Shown: positions 1 to 10,501 of the stretch, piece after piece | How positions within the stretch are numbered: position 1 is the stretch's first letter | Layout: each line of letters begins with the position of its first letter | Source: an uncultured delta proteobacterium | GTDB taxonomy: Bacteria > Desulfobacterota > Binatia > UBA9968 | DNA length: 64,000 nucleotides | Assembly (NCBI GenBank): GCA_963737905.1 | Contig: CAVTUQ010000027.1 | Coordinates: 64,001 to 128,000, forward strand | Direction of reading: 5' to 3' | Notes under the pieces: generated by a model | The model's database searches: none | What the model saw: the letters and a program-made list of their open reading frames with translations, nothing else | Told to the model about the DNA's origin: nothing | Translations under genes and position numbers: made by a program

Positions 1-157
1 GAAACTAGCGCAGTTGCCGCCCAGTGGAAAACTGAACTTATCCGGACTGCAGAACGTTCTCGATCTGCGCGTTCAATTTAATCTCACGCCGCCCATGGGG
101 AAAGATTTGGCCACGTATTACGAAGAAAGTTTTTATCGAGAGGGTTCTAGCTCTTAG
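1..157 (+). CDS. 3' end of a probable ABC transporter substrate-binding protein (partial)
   Basis: Open frame from base 2 (KLAQLPPSGKLNLSGLQNVLDLRVQFNLTPPMGKDLATYYEESFYREGSSS*) ending TAG 155-157; resembles the C-terminus of NitT/TauT-type SBPs; lies upstream of an ABC operon. Confidence 0.5.
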   Translation, partial: KLAQLPPSGKLNLSGLQNVLDLRVQFNLTPPMGKDLATYYEESFYREGSSS

Positions 158-188
158 TTACGCTCACCGACCGCAAAGGAGGAATTGC

Positions 189-1226
189 ATGAAGAATCTG
201 AAGAGACTTTCAACTTGTTTAGTTTTGGTGATGACAATCGCCGTCTGGACAAGGTCCGGCCTTGCCGCACCCATCGACGATCTTATCAAGGGTGCCCAGC
301 AAGAGGGAACCATCGAATTCTACGCCCCGTCAACGTTGACGCCCCAAGGCGCGCAGGCCCTGGCCGCGGCCTTCAACAAGAAGTACGGTCTCAACGTCAA
401 ACTGCAGTACAGTCCTTCGGGAAACATGACCCGAGATATCGGCAAAGTCGTCGGTCTGGGCGCCACGGGCGTCCCGCCGGAATGGGATTTGATGGTGGTC
501 ACAGACGCGCACCATGCGACCCTTTGGGTGAAAAAAATGCATCAGCCCTTTGACTATAAGAGTATCGGCGTCGATCCAAAAGCGATTCAGTACGACAACG
601 GCGCGGTGAGCTTCGCCAATCAGTTTGTGCTCCCTGCGTACAATAAGAAACTGGTCACTGAAAAGGACGCGCCGAAAACTTGGGAGGATCTCTTGAATCC
701 CAAATGGAAGGGTAAAATCGGCGTGTCGAGCGCGACCCATCATATGGCTCGCCTGGCCGCAGGACCCTGGGGGGAAGAGAAAGCGACCAACTTTGTCAAA
801 GCGTTGACCAAGCAGGATTTGATTCTCGGAAGATTGGGCGAAATCTACAACCGGCTACTTCTGGGTGAAATCGTTGTCGCGGTTTCGTTGACTGACAGCG
901 AAATCAAGGCGGACAAGAACAAGACGGCTCCGGTCGCGCAAGCGGAGGCCGTGTCGCCGCTAATTTCTCCCGCCTACGAGGCGGGCGTGCCTAAGAACGC
1001 CCCGCATCCTAAAGTCGCGTACCTGATGGCCGCCTATCTCACGACTCCCGAAGCGCAAAAAATCTGGGAAAAGTATGCTGGCCAAAGCTCGGCCTTGATT
1101 CCCGGAACCGCGGCCTATAAATACGCGCAGAACAAGACCGTCGTGTACATGACTCAGGACCAGGCTCAGATGGTGGATCGACTATCGAGAGAATACGGCA
1201 AGATTTTCGGTTTTAGCGGTCTATAA
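189..1226 (+). CDS. ABC transporter extracellular solute-binding protein (FbpA/thiamine-like class)
   Basis: Signal peptide, APKTWEDLLNPKWKGKI motif, strong RBS (AAGGAGG). Confidence 0.88.
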   Translation: MKNLKRLSTCLVLVMTIAVWTRSGLAAPIDDLIKGAQQEGTIEFYAPSTLTPQGAQALAAAFNKKYGLNVKLQYSPSGNMTRDIGKVVGLGATGVPPEWDLMVVTDAHHATLWVKKMHQPFDYKSIGVDPKAIQYDNGAVSFANQFVLPAYNKKLVTEKDAPKTWEDLLNPKWKGKIGVSSATHHMARLAAGPWGEEKATNFVKALTKQDLILGRLGEIYNRLLLGEIVVAVSLTDSEIKADKNKTAPVAQAEAVSPLISPAYEAGVPKNAPHPKVAYLMAAYLTTPEAQKIWEKYAGQSSALIPGTAAYKYAQNKTVVYMTQDQAQMVDRLSREYGKIFGFSGL

Positions 1227-1244
1227 AGTCCTCAGGGGGCAAAC

Positions 1245-2999
1245 ATGAAGGCTGAGACAGCTCTTGGCGCTTTCGGTCAAGTCTTTGATGCGAAGAAGGT
1301 CAACGGTGTCGGCCTGTTCGCCGGCGGATTGACGGCGCTGCTCGTCCTCATGGTCGGCGTCCCGCTGCTGATGGTGATTCTCATGAGCCTGCGCACCGGA
1401 TTCCCGGGCGAGGGGGGACCGCTCACGCTGGCTAATTTCAGCGCCGTCTACAGCTCTCCCGGAACCTACAAGGTCCTGCTCAATACGCTTTTGTTCGCCG
1501 CGGGGACGGTGGTGGTGACGATCGCTTTTGCCGTGCCGCTCGTGTGGCTTCTCATGCGCACCGATCTGCCGCTTAAAGGAACGATCTACATATTGATGAC
1601 CGTCGGCATTTTGATCCCCGTCTTCCTCCGCACCATCGCGTGGATCCTGTTGCTCAGCCCGCGCATCGGTCTGGTGAACCAGTGGGCCACTCAGTTATTC
1701 GGTCTCGACCATCCGTTGGTTAGCCTGTACAACATACCGGGGATGGCCTTCATTCAGGGCGTCTCCTTTGTGCCCGCAGCGTTCTTCATGCTGGCGGCGG
1801 CTTATCACACAATGGACCCGTCGCTCGAAGAAGCGGCCTACACTTCCGGCGTGAGTAAGTTTCAAACCTTTCTCAGGATCAACGTTCCGATCACGTGGCC
1901 CGCGATCGCCGGTGTCATGGTCTATCTTTTCATGTCCGCGATTGCCGTATTCGAAGTTCCAGCGATCATCGGTTTTCCAGCCAGGATTCTCGTGTTGAGC
2001 GCTTTGATCTTCACCTCGACCAACCCGCCCACGGGTTTGCCCGACTACGGCCTCGCCGGCGCCTACGGCGCGGTCATGTTAGTGGCGGGCCTGACGTTGG
2101 CCTATTTCTATGTGCGGCTCGTGCAACATGGCAAGAAGTATACGGTCATCACCGGGCGGGGCTACCGGCCCCGGCAGATCTCGCTGGGGCGTTGGAAGTG
2201 GGCGGCGTTGGCTTTCGTGATGCTGTACCTGTCGATGGAAGTTTTTATTCCATTTCTGGTCCTTCTTTGGGCCTCGTTGCTGCCGCATTTGCAGCTGCCC
2301 TCGGCTGAGGCCTGGGCTCAGATCTCGCTGAATAATTACGAAACGATCTTCGACTTCGTCGACGCGTTGCCGTTTATTAATACGGCGATTCTAATGTTGG
2401 CCGTGCCCACGGGAACCATGCTCCTGGCGGTGCTGGTGTCCTGGATCGTGGTCCGAACCCAGGTAAGTTTTCGCGGTTCCCTCGATACCGTCGCTTTTCT
2501 ACCTCACGCGATCCCGAGCATTTTGCTCGCCGTCGGCCTTGGCTATCTCGGTTTGGCGTATAGAAATATTTTTCCCGTTTATGGCACCATCGCGATCATC
2601 GCTATCGCCCACATGATTAGCTGGGTTGCATATGGGACCCGCACTACCAACGGCGTGATGATTCAGGTGCACCGCGAGCTGGAAGAGGCAGGGAAAGTAT
2701 CGGGCGCTTCGACCTCCCGAGTTCTTCGCCGCATCGTTCTACCTTTAGTCGCCGCCGGCATCTTCAACAGTTGGATCTGGATCAGCATGCTGTCGTATCG
2801 CGAAGTGACCATGGCCCTGGCGCTGGGCACGCGCAAAAATCTCGTGATCTCGACCATCGTGTGGCAATTTTGGGGTAATGGCTGGGTGCCGCAAGTCGCA
2901 GCTCTGGGTGTGCTGCTGGTACTTTTTGCGGTGCTGGTGGTCGGTATCTTAAAAATTGGCTTTTCGCGCTTTGGTGGTGAGTTTGGCTCGGCGCATTAA
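1245..2999 (+). CDS. ABC transporter permease (FbpB-like, duplicated domain)
   Basis: Multiple TM helices, two EAA motifs (LEEAAYTSG, LEEAGKVSG). Confidence 0.9.
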   Translation: MKAETALGAFGQVFDAKKVNGVGLFAGGLTALLVLMVGVPLLMVILMSLRTGFPGEGGPLTLANFSAVYSSPGTYKVLLNTLLFAAGTVVVTIAFAVPLVWLLMRTDLPLKGTIYILMTVGILIPVFLRTIAWILLLSPRIGLVNQWATQLFGLDHPLVSLYNIPGMAFIQGVSFVPAAFFMLAAAYHTMDPSLEEAAYTSGVSKFQTFLRINVPITWPAIAGVMVYLFMSAIAVFEVPAIIGFPARILVLSALIFTSTNPPTGLPDYGLAGAYGAVMLVAGLTLAYFYVRLVQHGKKYTVITGRGYRPRQISLGRWKWAALAFVMLYLSMEVFIPFLVLLWASLLPHLQLPSAEAWAQISLNNYETIFDFVDALPFINTAILMLAVPTGTMLLAVLVSWIVVRTQVSFRGSLDTVAFLPHAIPSILLAVGLGYLGLAYRNIFPVYGTIAIIAIAHMISWVAYGTRTTNGVMIQVHRELEEAGKVSGASTSRVLRRIVLPLVAAGIFNSWIWISMLSYREVTMALALGTRKNLVISTIVWQFWGNGWVPQVAALGVLLVLFAVLVVGILKIGFSRFGGEFGSAH

Positions 3000-3004
3000 A
3001 TTAA

Positions 3005-3037
3005 GTTTCGAGTTAAAAACTAGAAACCAGAAACTCG
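3005..3037. repeat. Short heptamer-unit palindrome (GTTTCGA / AAACTAG AAACCAG AAACTCG)
   Basis: Intergenic 7-nt periodic units in inverted arrangement; same unit as 15385-15417. Confidence 0.5.
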
Positions 3038-3060
3038 TCACCCAAAACCTGGGAAATTAG

Positions 3061-4131
3061 TTGATCAGCATTCGCGGACTCAGAAAGTGGTTCGACAGCC
3101 GGCGCGGCCGCGTGGAAGCGCTGCGCGGCATCGACCTGGAAGTGACCGAGAAAGAGTTCTGCGTTCTGCTCGGCCCCAGCGGCTGCGGCAAGACTACAAC
3201 CTTGCGCTGTGTTGCCGGTCTTGAAAGGCCCGATGCCGGGGAGCTGGAAATCGCCGGTACGGTGGCGAACTCCGCGGCGCGGGGAATCTACGTCCCCACG
3301 GAGAAACGCGATATCGGCATGGTGTTCCAGTCCTACGCGATCTGGCCGCACATGAACGTGTTTAATAATGTCGCGTTCCCCCTGATCAAAGGACGTCATA
3401 GGATCCCGAAGGGGCAAATTGCCGAGAAAGTTCGCACCGCTCTCAAGCTTGTGCAATTGGACGGGCTCGAGGATCGGCCGGCGACGGATCTGAGCGGCGG
3501 GCAACAACAGAGAGTCGCGATGGCGCGGGCGATGGTGACGGAACCAAAAATTCTTTTGATGGACGAGCCTCTGAGCAATCTCGACGCCCGGCTGCGGGAG
3601 CAGATGCGTGTGGAGCTGAAAAAGATCACCAAGGCGGTCGGTGTGACGACTCTCTACGTGACTCACGATCAGGCGGAGGCTTTGAGTCTCGGCGATAAGG
3701 TCTGCGTCATGCATGACGGCGAAATTCTTCAGATCGCGCCGCCGCACGAGGTGTACGCTCGGCCGGCGAGTCTCTTTGTGGCGCAATTCGTTGGGGAGAT
3801 GAATTTTGTCAAAGGTCACGTCACCGGCCCATCGCAGGTGGAATGTCCTCTGGGGAAATTATCGCTTTCCGTCCCCACGGGCATTTCGGTTTCAAGCCCG
3901 GTGACGTTGGCGATCCGGCCGGAACACGTCAAAGTCAACTCGGCGGATGGTTCTCCTTCAGGCTTATCGGGAAACATCGCGAGTAAAAACTATCTCGGCG
4001 ACACCGCTCTGCTGGAAGTCGAAGTTAACGGCGTAACCTTGCTTGCCAAGCTCGCCGGAGACTCGGAGCTCGCTATTGGACAACGGGCCGCGGTAGAGTT
4101 GCCTTCCCACCGTTGGCATGTGTTCCCTTAG
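3061..4131 (+). CDS. ABC transporter ATP-binding protein (FbpC/PotA-like, TOBE domain)
   Basis: Walker A GPSGCGKT, LSGGQQQR signature, Walker B ILLMDEP; TTG start. Confidence 0.92.
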   Translation: MISIRGLRKWFDSRRGRVEALRGIDLEVTEKEFCVLLGPSGCGKTTTLRCVAGLERPDAGELEIAGTVANSAARGIYVPTEKRDIGMVFQSYAIWPHMNVFNNVAFPLIKGRHRIPKGQIAEKVRTALKLVQLDGLEDRPATDLSGGQQQRVAMARAMVTEPKILLMDEPLSNLDARLREQMRVELKKITKAVGVTTLYVTHDQAEALSLGDKVCVMHDGEILQIAPPHEVYARPASLFVAQFVGEMNFVKGHVTGPSQVECPLGKLSLSVPTGISVSSPVTLAIRPEHVKVNSADGSPSGLSGNIASKNYLGDTALLEVEVNGVTLLAKLAGDSELAIGQRAAVELPSHRWHVFP

Positions 4132-4133
4132 TA

Positions 4134-4194
4134 GATGGAGTACTGGAGTGATGGAGTAATGGAATGATGCGTTTTTGAAATCCGATACTCCATT
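4134..4194. repeat. Octamer tandem repeat (NNTGGAGT x4) with partial inverted arm ATACTCCATT
   Basis: GATGGAGT ACTGGAGT GATGGAGT AATGGAAT directly after the stop codon. Confidence 0.6.
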
Positions 4195-4273
4195 TCGTCC
4201 ATCCGGCCCCCGCTTATAGCCACGTCTTATCTGCCTTGCAGTCAGTCTGACTCTGTGCAATAGACACTTCATT

Positions 4274-6348
4274 ATGAGTCCAAACACACAAAGCGAGACA
4301 TTCAAGCGTAAGCCCGTAGAAAATCTCTTGAGCGCCCGGTCGGTTGCCATCGTCGGCGCATCAACCAAGGGGCGCTGGCCTTCGGGTATCTATCGCAATC
4401 TCAAGGCCGCCAAGTTCCCGGGTAACATCTATCTGATTAACCCAAATTACACGGAGATATTTGACGATAAATGCTATCCAAACCTTGCGGCTTTGCCGGA
4501 AGTGCCGGAACATCTCCTGATGCTCATACCCACGCGGGCTGTTATCGGCACGATAGAAGAGGCAGCAAAGCTGGGCACAAAGGCTGCGACCATCTACAGC
4601 GCCGGTTTCGGCGAAGGGGACGATCCCAAGGGAAAAGAACGTGCGCAGGCCATGAAGGAGCTATGTGATCGCACCGGGTTCGTTGTCTGCGGCCCGAACT
4701 GCATGGGGTCGTTCTCGCTGCCCGAAGGGCTATGGAGCTTTCCGACTCCCGTGCCGCTTTTGAAGAAGGGACCGGTGGGTTTGATCTTTCAGAGCGGCGG
4801 TTCGCTGGGCAACTGGGTCAAAGGAGCGTCGGAGCGGGGCATTGGGTTTACCTATGCCGTATCCAGTGGCAACGAAGTCAGTCTCGACCTGGTCGACTAT
4901 TTATCGTTCCTCGTCGATGAGCCCGATACCAAGGTCATCGCTCTAATGGTCGAAGGCATCCGCCGGCCCGAGAAATTTATGGCCGTGGCCGAGCAAGCGT
5001 TGAAAAAGAACAAGCCGATTCTCGTGGTCAAGCTGGGTCGTTCGGAAATGGGCAAACGCCAGGCGATTTCCCACACCGGCTCGCTGGCGGGAGCGGATGA
5101 AGTTTTCGACGCCGTTTGTCACCGGCTCGGGTTGATTCGTGTACCGACCCTGGAAGACTTGACGGAGATGACCTTGGCATTCATGCCGGGCCGTTTCCCG
5201 CGCGGGAGCCGAGCGGCGATCGTCGTCAACTCCGGCGGCATGAAGGGGTTGCTTTGCGATCACTGTGATGAGCTCAAGACCAATCTCGCGCAGTTGAGCG
5301 ATCAGACAAAAGCGGCGGTGCGCCCGTTGATTCCCGAGGAACTGGTGGTGGAAAATCCGCTTGAATGCGGGGTCGCCGGTTTCGGCGACGAGCAGGGTTT
5401 TATCAATATCGTCAAGCTCCACGCCGAGGACGATGGCGTCGATCTGCTGGCGATTCACGGCGAGCTGCCGCGCGGGGAAAAAGAGAAGCCGCGCTGTTCA
5501 AGAATCTTGCGGCGGCCACGGACAAACCGATCCTTGCGTTCGCTCGCTCGACTTATAGCTGCACCGACGAGAGCCGCGTGTATCAAGAAGAAGCGGGCAT
5601 CCCTTTCTTGCAGGCGATCAAGCCGACATTAAGGGCACTCGCAGGTTTGGGTTTGTACGGGGAGCGCAAGAGACTTGGCGTGCCAATTTTGCCGGTGGCG
5701 ACAGGGAAGACGGAGGACCTTGACGGGGAGAAGTTCAACCAAGTCCTCCAATCCAAGGGGCTGGCGTTGCCCCGGCAAGCGCTGGTTGAAACCGCGGCGG
5801 AAGCGGCTCAGAAGGCGAAAGAGATCGGCTTCCCGGTCGCTATGAAACTCATCGCGCCGGAAGTTGTTCACAAAACCGAATCAGGCGCGGTTGTGCTTGG
5901 ATTGAACAGCGCGGAAGAAGTCGAAGCTCAGGGAAAGCGGCTGCTGTCACTGGCCAAAGGCTCCGCGAAATTGCTGTTGCAAGAAATGGTACAGGGAACG
6001 GAAATTATCTTGGGCGCCCGCACCGATCCGCAATATGGACCTTTTATGATCGTCGGGCTCGGCGGCATTTTCGTCGAGGTTCTGAAAGACGTCGCCATTC
6101 GGCTCCTGCCGGTGTCGGAGAGCGAAGCGTGGGCGATGCTCAAAGAGCTCAAAGGCTACAAGGTTCTCGAAGGGGTGCGTGGCCAACCCCCCCGCGACAT
6201 CGGGGCGTTGGTCAAAGCGATGGTGGGCTTGTCGGACATCTTTTTGAACTACCGTAATCATCTCTCGGATCTGGAATTCAACCCGATTTTGCTGCGCGCT
6301 CAGGGGCAAGGGCTCGCGGCCGTCGATGTGCGGATGATTCGGAAGTAA
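4274..6348 (+). CDS. ADP-forming acetate/acyl-CoA ligase family protein (CoA-binding + ATP-grasp), split by one apparent frameshift near 5480
   Basis: N-part: SVAIVGAS, GPNCMG, QSGG, SHTGSLAG (phospho-His); C-part in another frame: GFPVAMK, HKTESGAV, DPQYGP, GLGGIFVEVL, LEFNP; frame change in a G/A run. Confidence 0.88.
6313..6345 (+). repeat. Direct repeat copy 1 (ligase 3' end, LAAVDVRMIRK)
   Basis: 28/33 nt identical to 7211-7243. Confidence 0.75.
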
Positions 6349-6619
6349 ACGCGATCGCATACAGGAATTTCGACTGCGGGCCAACCGGGCGTTGAGCGAT
6401 AGTTTAGGCCGATTTCCGTGTAACTATCCTAAGGCAGTGGCATACCTAGATTGGAGCCGACATTTCGTCAGGTGCCGATAGCTGGGCAACACATCTCGGC
6501 ACGTGCTGCAACATTTGGAATGATCCTTATAGTTTGAAGGATTCCAGATATCGAATCGACACTGGCACATCCGTTGCTCTGACTCTTTTCCATGTTACGA
6601 AATCTGCAAGGAGTTGCCG

Positions 6620-6703
6620 ATGAGTGAACTTCTCGACGTGGCGTTACAAGCGCACGGCGGCCTCCAACGCTGGCGTGAAGCCCAAATTCAGGGGAACGAA
6701 TGA
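6620..6703 (+). pseudogene. 27-codon N-terminal fragment of a conserved hypothetical protein (AHGGLxRW motif)
   Basis: RBS AAGGAG then MSELLDVALQAHGGLQRWREAQIQGNE*. Confidence 0.5.
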
Positions 6704-6768
6704 TGAGAGCAATGTGCGCCGAGTCGTTCACGGGGTGCGGAGGTCTGAAGCATCAAAGAGGCATGAAC

Positions 6769-7134
6769 ATGTCACGGTGTATTTTCAAAAGTGTCTCGTT
6801 GCTGACATTGAGCCTAGTCATTTGCTGCGGCTTATATCTGCTATCACCATGGGTCATCGGTCAGCCTCTTTTTCCCTTTCAGGCGAATGGCAGCATGCTG
6901 GCCGGCCCTGACAGTAACACTGTCGGTTCGCGCCAGATCGCCCAACCGTTTACCAAGGACGGATACTTTCAATCTCGCCCGTCCGCCGCGTCTTACGAGG
7001 CGTCAGCCTCGACCTCGTCGACAGCGACTGCATCGAACAACTTCTTCCATCCGCAGAATCGCGACTTCGGCGTCGCAGAGACTCCATTGTTACAGCGCCC
7101 AGCCCGAAGGGTCTGCCATTTTTACGATTGTTAA
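6769..7134 (+). pseudogene. kdpC: Truncated K+-transporting ATPase subunit C fragment
   Basis: TM helix followed by LFPFQANGSML...GSRQIAQPFTKDGYFQSRPSAASY; similarity ends around 7040; no kdpA/B in the window. Confidence 0.75.
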
Positions 7135-7210
7135 CTCGGTCAGAGGAACTGCGAGAGGGTCCGGTCTTGCCCATGGCAGGTTCACCGGCGCACCCTTTAC
7201 CGAGAAGAGC

Positions 7211-7243
7211 CTCGCCGCCGTCGATGTGCGGGTCATCCGCAAG
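7211..7243 (+). repeat. Direct repeat copy 2 (LAAVDVRVIRK)
   Basis: Shares the 15-nt core GCCGTCGATGTGCGG with 6319-6333. Confidence 0.75.
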
Positions 7244-7281
7244 AGAATTTCTTTCGCAGTTTTACAGCAGCGGGCTCAGGC

Positions 7282-7917
7282 TTATCGTTCAATAACCAGT
7301 TGGTTACCGAGCTCGTCCTGATCGTCCGGCGGGCGGGGAAAGTGTTGGGCCAGAATATCACCGCAACGCTCGATGGCTTTGCAGTAGGCTTCGCACGCCT
7401 TGCCGGACTTTAAGCCGGCGGTAAGGATCTGAACCACTTCATCCCAAGTTCCAGCCGGAACTTTGTCATTGATGCCTCTGTCCGCGAGGACTTCTGCCCA
7501 ATGTTCAAACAGAGAGGCGAGAATCAATATCCCGGTATGCGCTCGGGTGTAATGCAGCCCTTGCGCAGTGAAGGCCGCCAGGCTTCTTAGGTGGACCGCC
7601 TCTGCGATTCGGCCGTTGGGAATCAAGGTCCTCTTTACAGCGGGGATAGCGCAGAATATAGATCCCAATGCCGCGCCCGCGAGGGGCCAGAGGAGTTGCG
7701 AATGGATGGATGCCCAAGGGTCTTGAAAGACGAACGACGCGAGTGTGCCCGCGACTAGCCCGACACCCATTCCGGCAATCTCAATCTCAGCATAGCGGGC
7801 ACTTGCGCCTACGAGCATGGGTACGATCTCGCCGGCCGTTCGTTGTTCGGCGGTAACCACGGCTTGGCGAATGCGTTCCTGTTCCTCTGGCGTGAAAAAA
7901 GTTTCCGCATTGATCAT
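7282..7917 (-). CDS. TPM domain-containing membrane protein
   Basis: AVVTAEQRTAGEI, GLHYTRAHTGILI, LADRGI, HFPRPPDDQDEL; start taken at MINAETFF. Confidence 0.85.
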   Translation of the reverse strand: MINAETFFTPEEQERIRQAVVTAEQRTAGEIVPMLVGASARYAEIEIAGMGVGLVAGTLASFVFQDPWASIHSQLLWPLAGAALGSIFCAIPAVKRTLIPNGRIAEAVHLRSLAAFTAQGLHYTRAHTGILILASLFEHWAEVLADRGINDKVPAGTWDEVVQILTAGLKSGKACEAYCKAIERCGDILAQHFPRPPDDQDELGNQLVIER

Positions 7918-7918
7918 C

Positions 7919-8842
7919 TTACCAACTCCCCGAAGCACCGCCGCCCCCGAAACCCCCGCCTCCACCACTGAACCCACCACCACCACCTCCGCCACCGCCA
8001 AAACCTCCTCCACCGAAACCTCCGGGAAAAGCACCCCCTCCCCAATCTCCTCGTCGAGATCTTGATCTGCCTACCCATTGATTTCCCGCAGATCCTGTAC
8101 CCAGAGCAGCGCCTATGGCTCCTAGCAGGGCTCCGACAATGAGGGCTGGGAGCAAAACTAGTCCGAGCCCTCCCGAAGCGAATAACGAAGTGACCAGCCC
8201 GGAAGCTGCTCCTCCGAAAGCGCCACCCAATAATCTGCGTCGCGTCATGCCAATAAAAAGAGCAAGCATGGCGGTGATCATGAGGATCGTTATGAGTGAC
8301 GCGCCCTGAGAACTGCCCGGAGCCGGCCGGGCTCGTTCCGGCAATTTTTCCCCTTTGGTGACTGTGAGAATCGTATCGACCCCGGCTTCAATCCCGCCCG
8401 CAAAGTCTCCGGATCGAAAGCGCGGGGTGATCACTTCCCGAATGATGCGACTGGCGATGGCATCCGGCATGACTCCTTCGAGTCCGTAGCCGACCTCAAT
8501 ACGCAGCTTTCGATCGTCACGAGCGATGAGGAGTATCGCGCCGTTATCGAAGCCTTTCTTGCCAATTTTCCAGGCCTCGGCGACGCGGATGCTAAAGTCT
8601 TCGAGACTGTCACCTTTCAGGCTGGGGATGGTTAGAACTGCGATTTGATGCCCGGTTTCTGCCTCAAAGCGGGCGAGGCGCTCTTCAAGCGCCCGTGCTT
8701 TGTCGGCGGGGATCAATCCTGCATAGTCGTTTATCCTTCCCCGCAGCGGCGGAACGTCTAATGCCAGGGCGAGTGAAAGGATTGTCGGCGCTAGCAGAGA
8801 GACAAGCCCGGCGAGATACAACCGTGCTTTGCGCAGCTTCAT
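7919..8842 (-). CDS. TPM domain protein (YgcG-like) with Gly-rich tail
   Basis: GRINDYAG, QIAVLTIPSL, DRKLRIEVGYGLEG, C-terminal GGGFSGGGGGFGGGGASGSW. Confidence 0.92.
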   Translation of the reverse strand: MKLRKARLYLAGLVSLLAPTILSLALALDVPPLRGRINDYAGLIPADKARALEERLARFEAETGHQIAVLTIPSLKGDSLEDFSIRVAEAWKIGKKGFDNGAILLIARDDRKLRIEVGYGLEGVMPDAIASRIIREVITPRFRSGDFAGGIEAGVDTILTVTKGEKLPERARPAPGSSQGASLITILMITAMLALFIGMTRRRLLGGAFGGAASGLVTSLFASGGLGLVLLPALIVGALLGAIGAALGTGSAGNQWVGRSRSRRGDWGGGAFPGGFGGGGFGGGGGGGGGFSGGGGGFGGGGASGSW

Positions 8843-8849
8843 CTGCTGC

Positions 8850-9446
8850 TTAGAATTTCACCTGCGGAGGCTTCGCTGCACCCTCGTCGGCGCTGAAAGT
8901 CTCTCGCTCTTTGAGCCCAAGCAGATATTTTGCCGTCAGGTTGGTCGGGAAGAAGCGGATCCCTTTGTTGTATTCGGCAACACTTTCGACGTAGCGTTTG
9001 CGGGCGACCGCGATGCGGTTCTCTGTTCCTTCTAATTGAGCCTGTAGATCTCGGAAATTCTGATTCGCTTTGAGTTCGGGATAGCGCTCTACCACTAACA
9101 TGAGGCGGGAAAGGGCACCGGAGAGGTTGCGTTGGGCCTCTTCGAATTTCTTGAAGGTTGCGGGATCGCTAAGAGCTTGCGCATCCAGTTTGATCGAGGT
9201 CGCTTGTGCCCTTGCCTCGATAACTTTCTGCAAAGTCTCTTGCTCAAACTGGGACGCGCCCTTTACTGTTGAGACGAGGTTGGGGATCAAGTCAGCACGG
9301 CGTTGATATTGATTCTGGACTTCAGCCCAAGCAGCTTTGACCTGTTCATCCAAACCTTGGAGTTGGTTGTAACCACAGCCGGATATGAAAAATGCGGCTA
9401 GACCCATAACTAGAAAATAGTTTCGTCCTCGCGCGATTTTGCGCAT
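8850..9446 (-). CDS. lemA: LemA family protein
   Basis: SGCGYN, QYQRRADLIPNLV, ERYPELKAN, EGTENRIAVAR. Confidence 0.95.
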   Translation of the reverse strand: MRKIARGRNYFLVMGLAAFFISGCGYNQLQGLDEQVKAAWAEVQNQYQRRADLIPNLVSTVKGASQFEQETLQKVIEARAQATSIKLDAQALSDPATFKKFEEAQRNLSGALSRLMLVVERYPELKANQNFRDLQAQLEGTENRIAVARKRYVESVAEYNKGIRFFPTNLTAKYLLGLKERETFSADEGAAKPPQVKF

Positions 9447-9581
9447 AGTTCTCTCCTTCTCGGTATATTGAGATAATCAGATCCAGACCCTTCTATCTCA
9501 AAGGGTACTGACCTTGTCAAGGAAAGGAGTTTGATGATGACTCTAGGATCCAGATGCAAGCGGTTAGAGATTATAAGACAG

Positions 9582-9610
9582 CAAGGGCCCGGCGGCGACG
9601 CGGGCCCTTG
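9582..9610 (-). terminator. GC-rich hairpin downstream of the permease gene
   Basis: CAAGGGCCCG / CGGGCCCTTG 10-bp stem; weak U-tract. Confidence 0.5.
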
Positions 9611-9649
9611 AACGGAGGCAGGTGAGTCAAAACGGTAGGACCCAATCGG

Positions 9650-10501
9650 TTATTCAACCGATCCCACTTTCGGACGCCACTTATCAAACCGCCTTTCCAC
9701 CCTCGTCAGCAGATCCATACCGATCATCCCGGTCAGCGCAAAAACGAGGACGCCGACAAAGACCTTATCGGTTTGGAAGGTGGCACCCGCCACAGTGATC
9801 ATGAAACCGATCCCGGCGGTAGCAGCATAAAGTTCTCCTACCATGACACCCACGATAGCCCGTCCAAGTCCTAACCTTAAACCGGTGAGGATGAAAGGGA
9901 TGGTCGAGGGAAGCACGACGGTCCTAAAGAGCATCCACTCGGAAGCGCCGAAACTCTTGGCGGCCGTGAGAAGGTTGTAAGGCGTCGTCTTCACCCCGTC
10001 GCGCGTATTGATCAACATCGGGAAGACTGCGCCGAGAAAGATAATACCAACCTTCGAGAGTATTCCGATCCCCAACCAGATGATGACCAATGGCAGAAGT
10101 GCGACGCGCGGGGTCGCGTTCATCGCGTTGATGAAGGGGTCGAATATGTAACTGGCTCTCTTGTACCAGCCGACCATGATCCCAAAGGGGATAGCGACAG
10201 CAGCCGAAAGAAAATAGCCCCAGAAGAGTTCGATGCCGCTAACGTAAAGGTCGTTGTAGATCTCGCCCGACGAAAAGAGCTGAACGGCCGCCTTCCAAAC
10301 GAGCGAGGGGGCGCTCATGAACATGGGATTGATCAACTGAAAGGTATTTCCGACCAGCTCCCAGACGACGAGGAAGGTGATCACCGCGGCGCTACCGAGG
10401 ATTTTCTTTTCGTGGTTCAGGTAGAACTTGTAAAGGCGAGAGGCTTCGGCAACCTTAATGTCAAAAAGCAGCTCCTGAGCGGATTCGTTTTGATCAGCCA
10501 T
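9650..10501 (-). CDS. ABC transporter permease (NitT/TauT/SsuC family)
   Basis: TM helices, AAKSFGASEW EAA-like loop, GLRLGLGRA. Confidence 0.9.
   Translation of the reverse strand: MADQNESAQELLFDIKVAEASRLYKFYLNHEKKILGSAAVITFLVVWELVGNTFQLINPMFMSAPSLVWKAAVQLFSSGEIYNDLYVSGIELFWGYFLSAAVAIPFGIMVGWYKRASYIFDPFINAMNATPRVALLPLVIIWLGIGILSKVGIIFLGAVFPMLINTRDGVKTTPYNLLTAAKSFGASEWMLFRTVVLPSTIPFILTGLRLGLGRAIVGVMVGELYAATAGIGFMITVAGATFQTDKVFVGVLVFALTGMIGMDLLTRVERRFDKWRPKVGSVE

Noticed and set aside
3013-3819. Long antisense ORFs (also 22758-23546, 47433-48137, 48637-49416, 54277-54990)
   Set aside because: Shadow frames opposite well-supported genes, expected in GC-rich DNA.
5470-5495. Programmed ribosomal frameshift in the acyl-CoA ligase
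   Set aside because: The G/A run is equally a typical sequencing-error site, and similar breaks occur in many unrelated genes.
6313-7243. Repeat pair as diversity-generating retroelement TR/VR
   Set aside because: Only 33 nt, differences are not adenine-specific, and no reverse transcriptase is present.
7919-8045. Low-complexity CCA/CCG-rich tract as a DNA repeat element
   Set aside because: It encodes the normal Gly-rich tail of the TPM protein.
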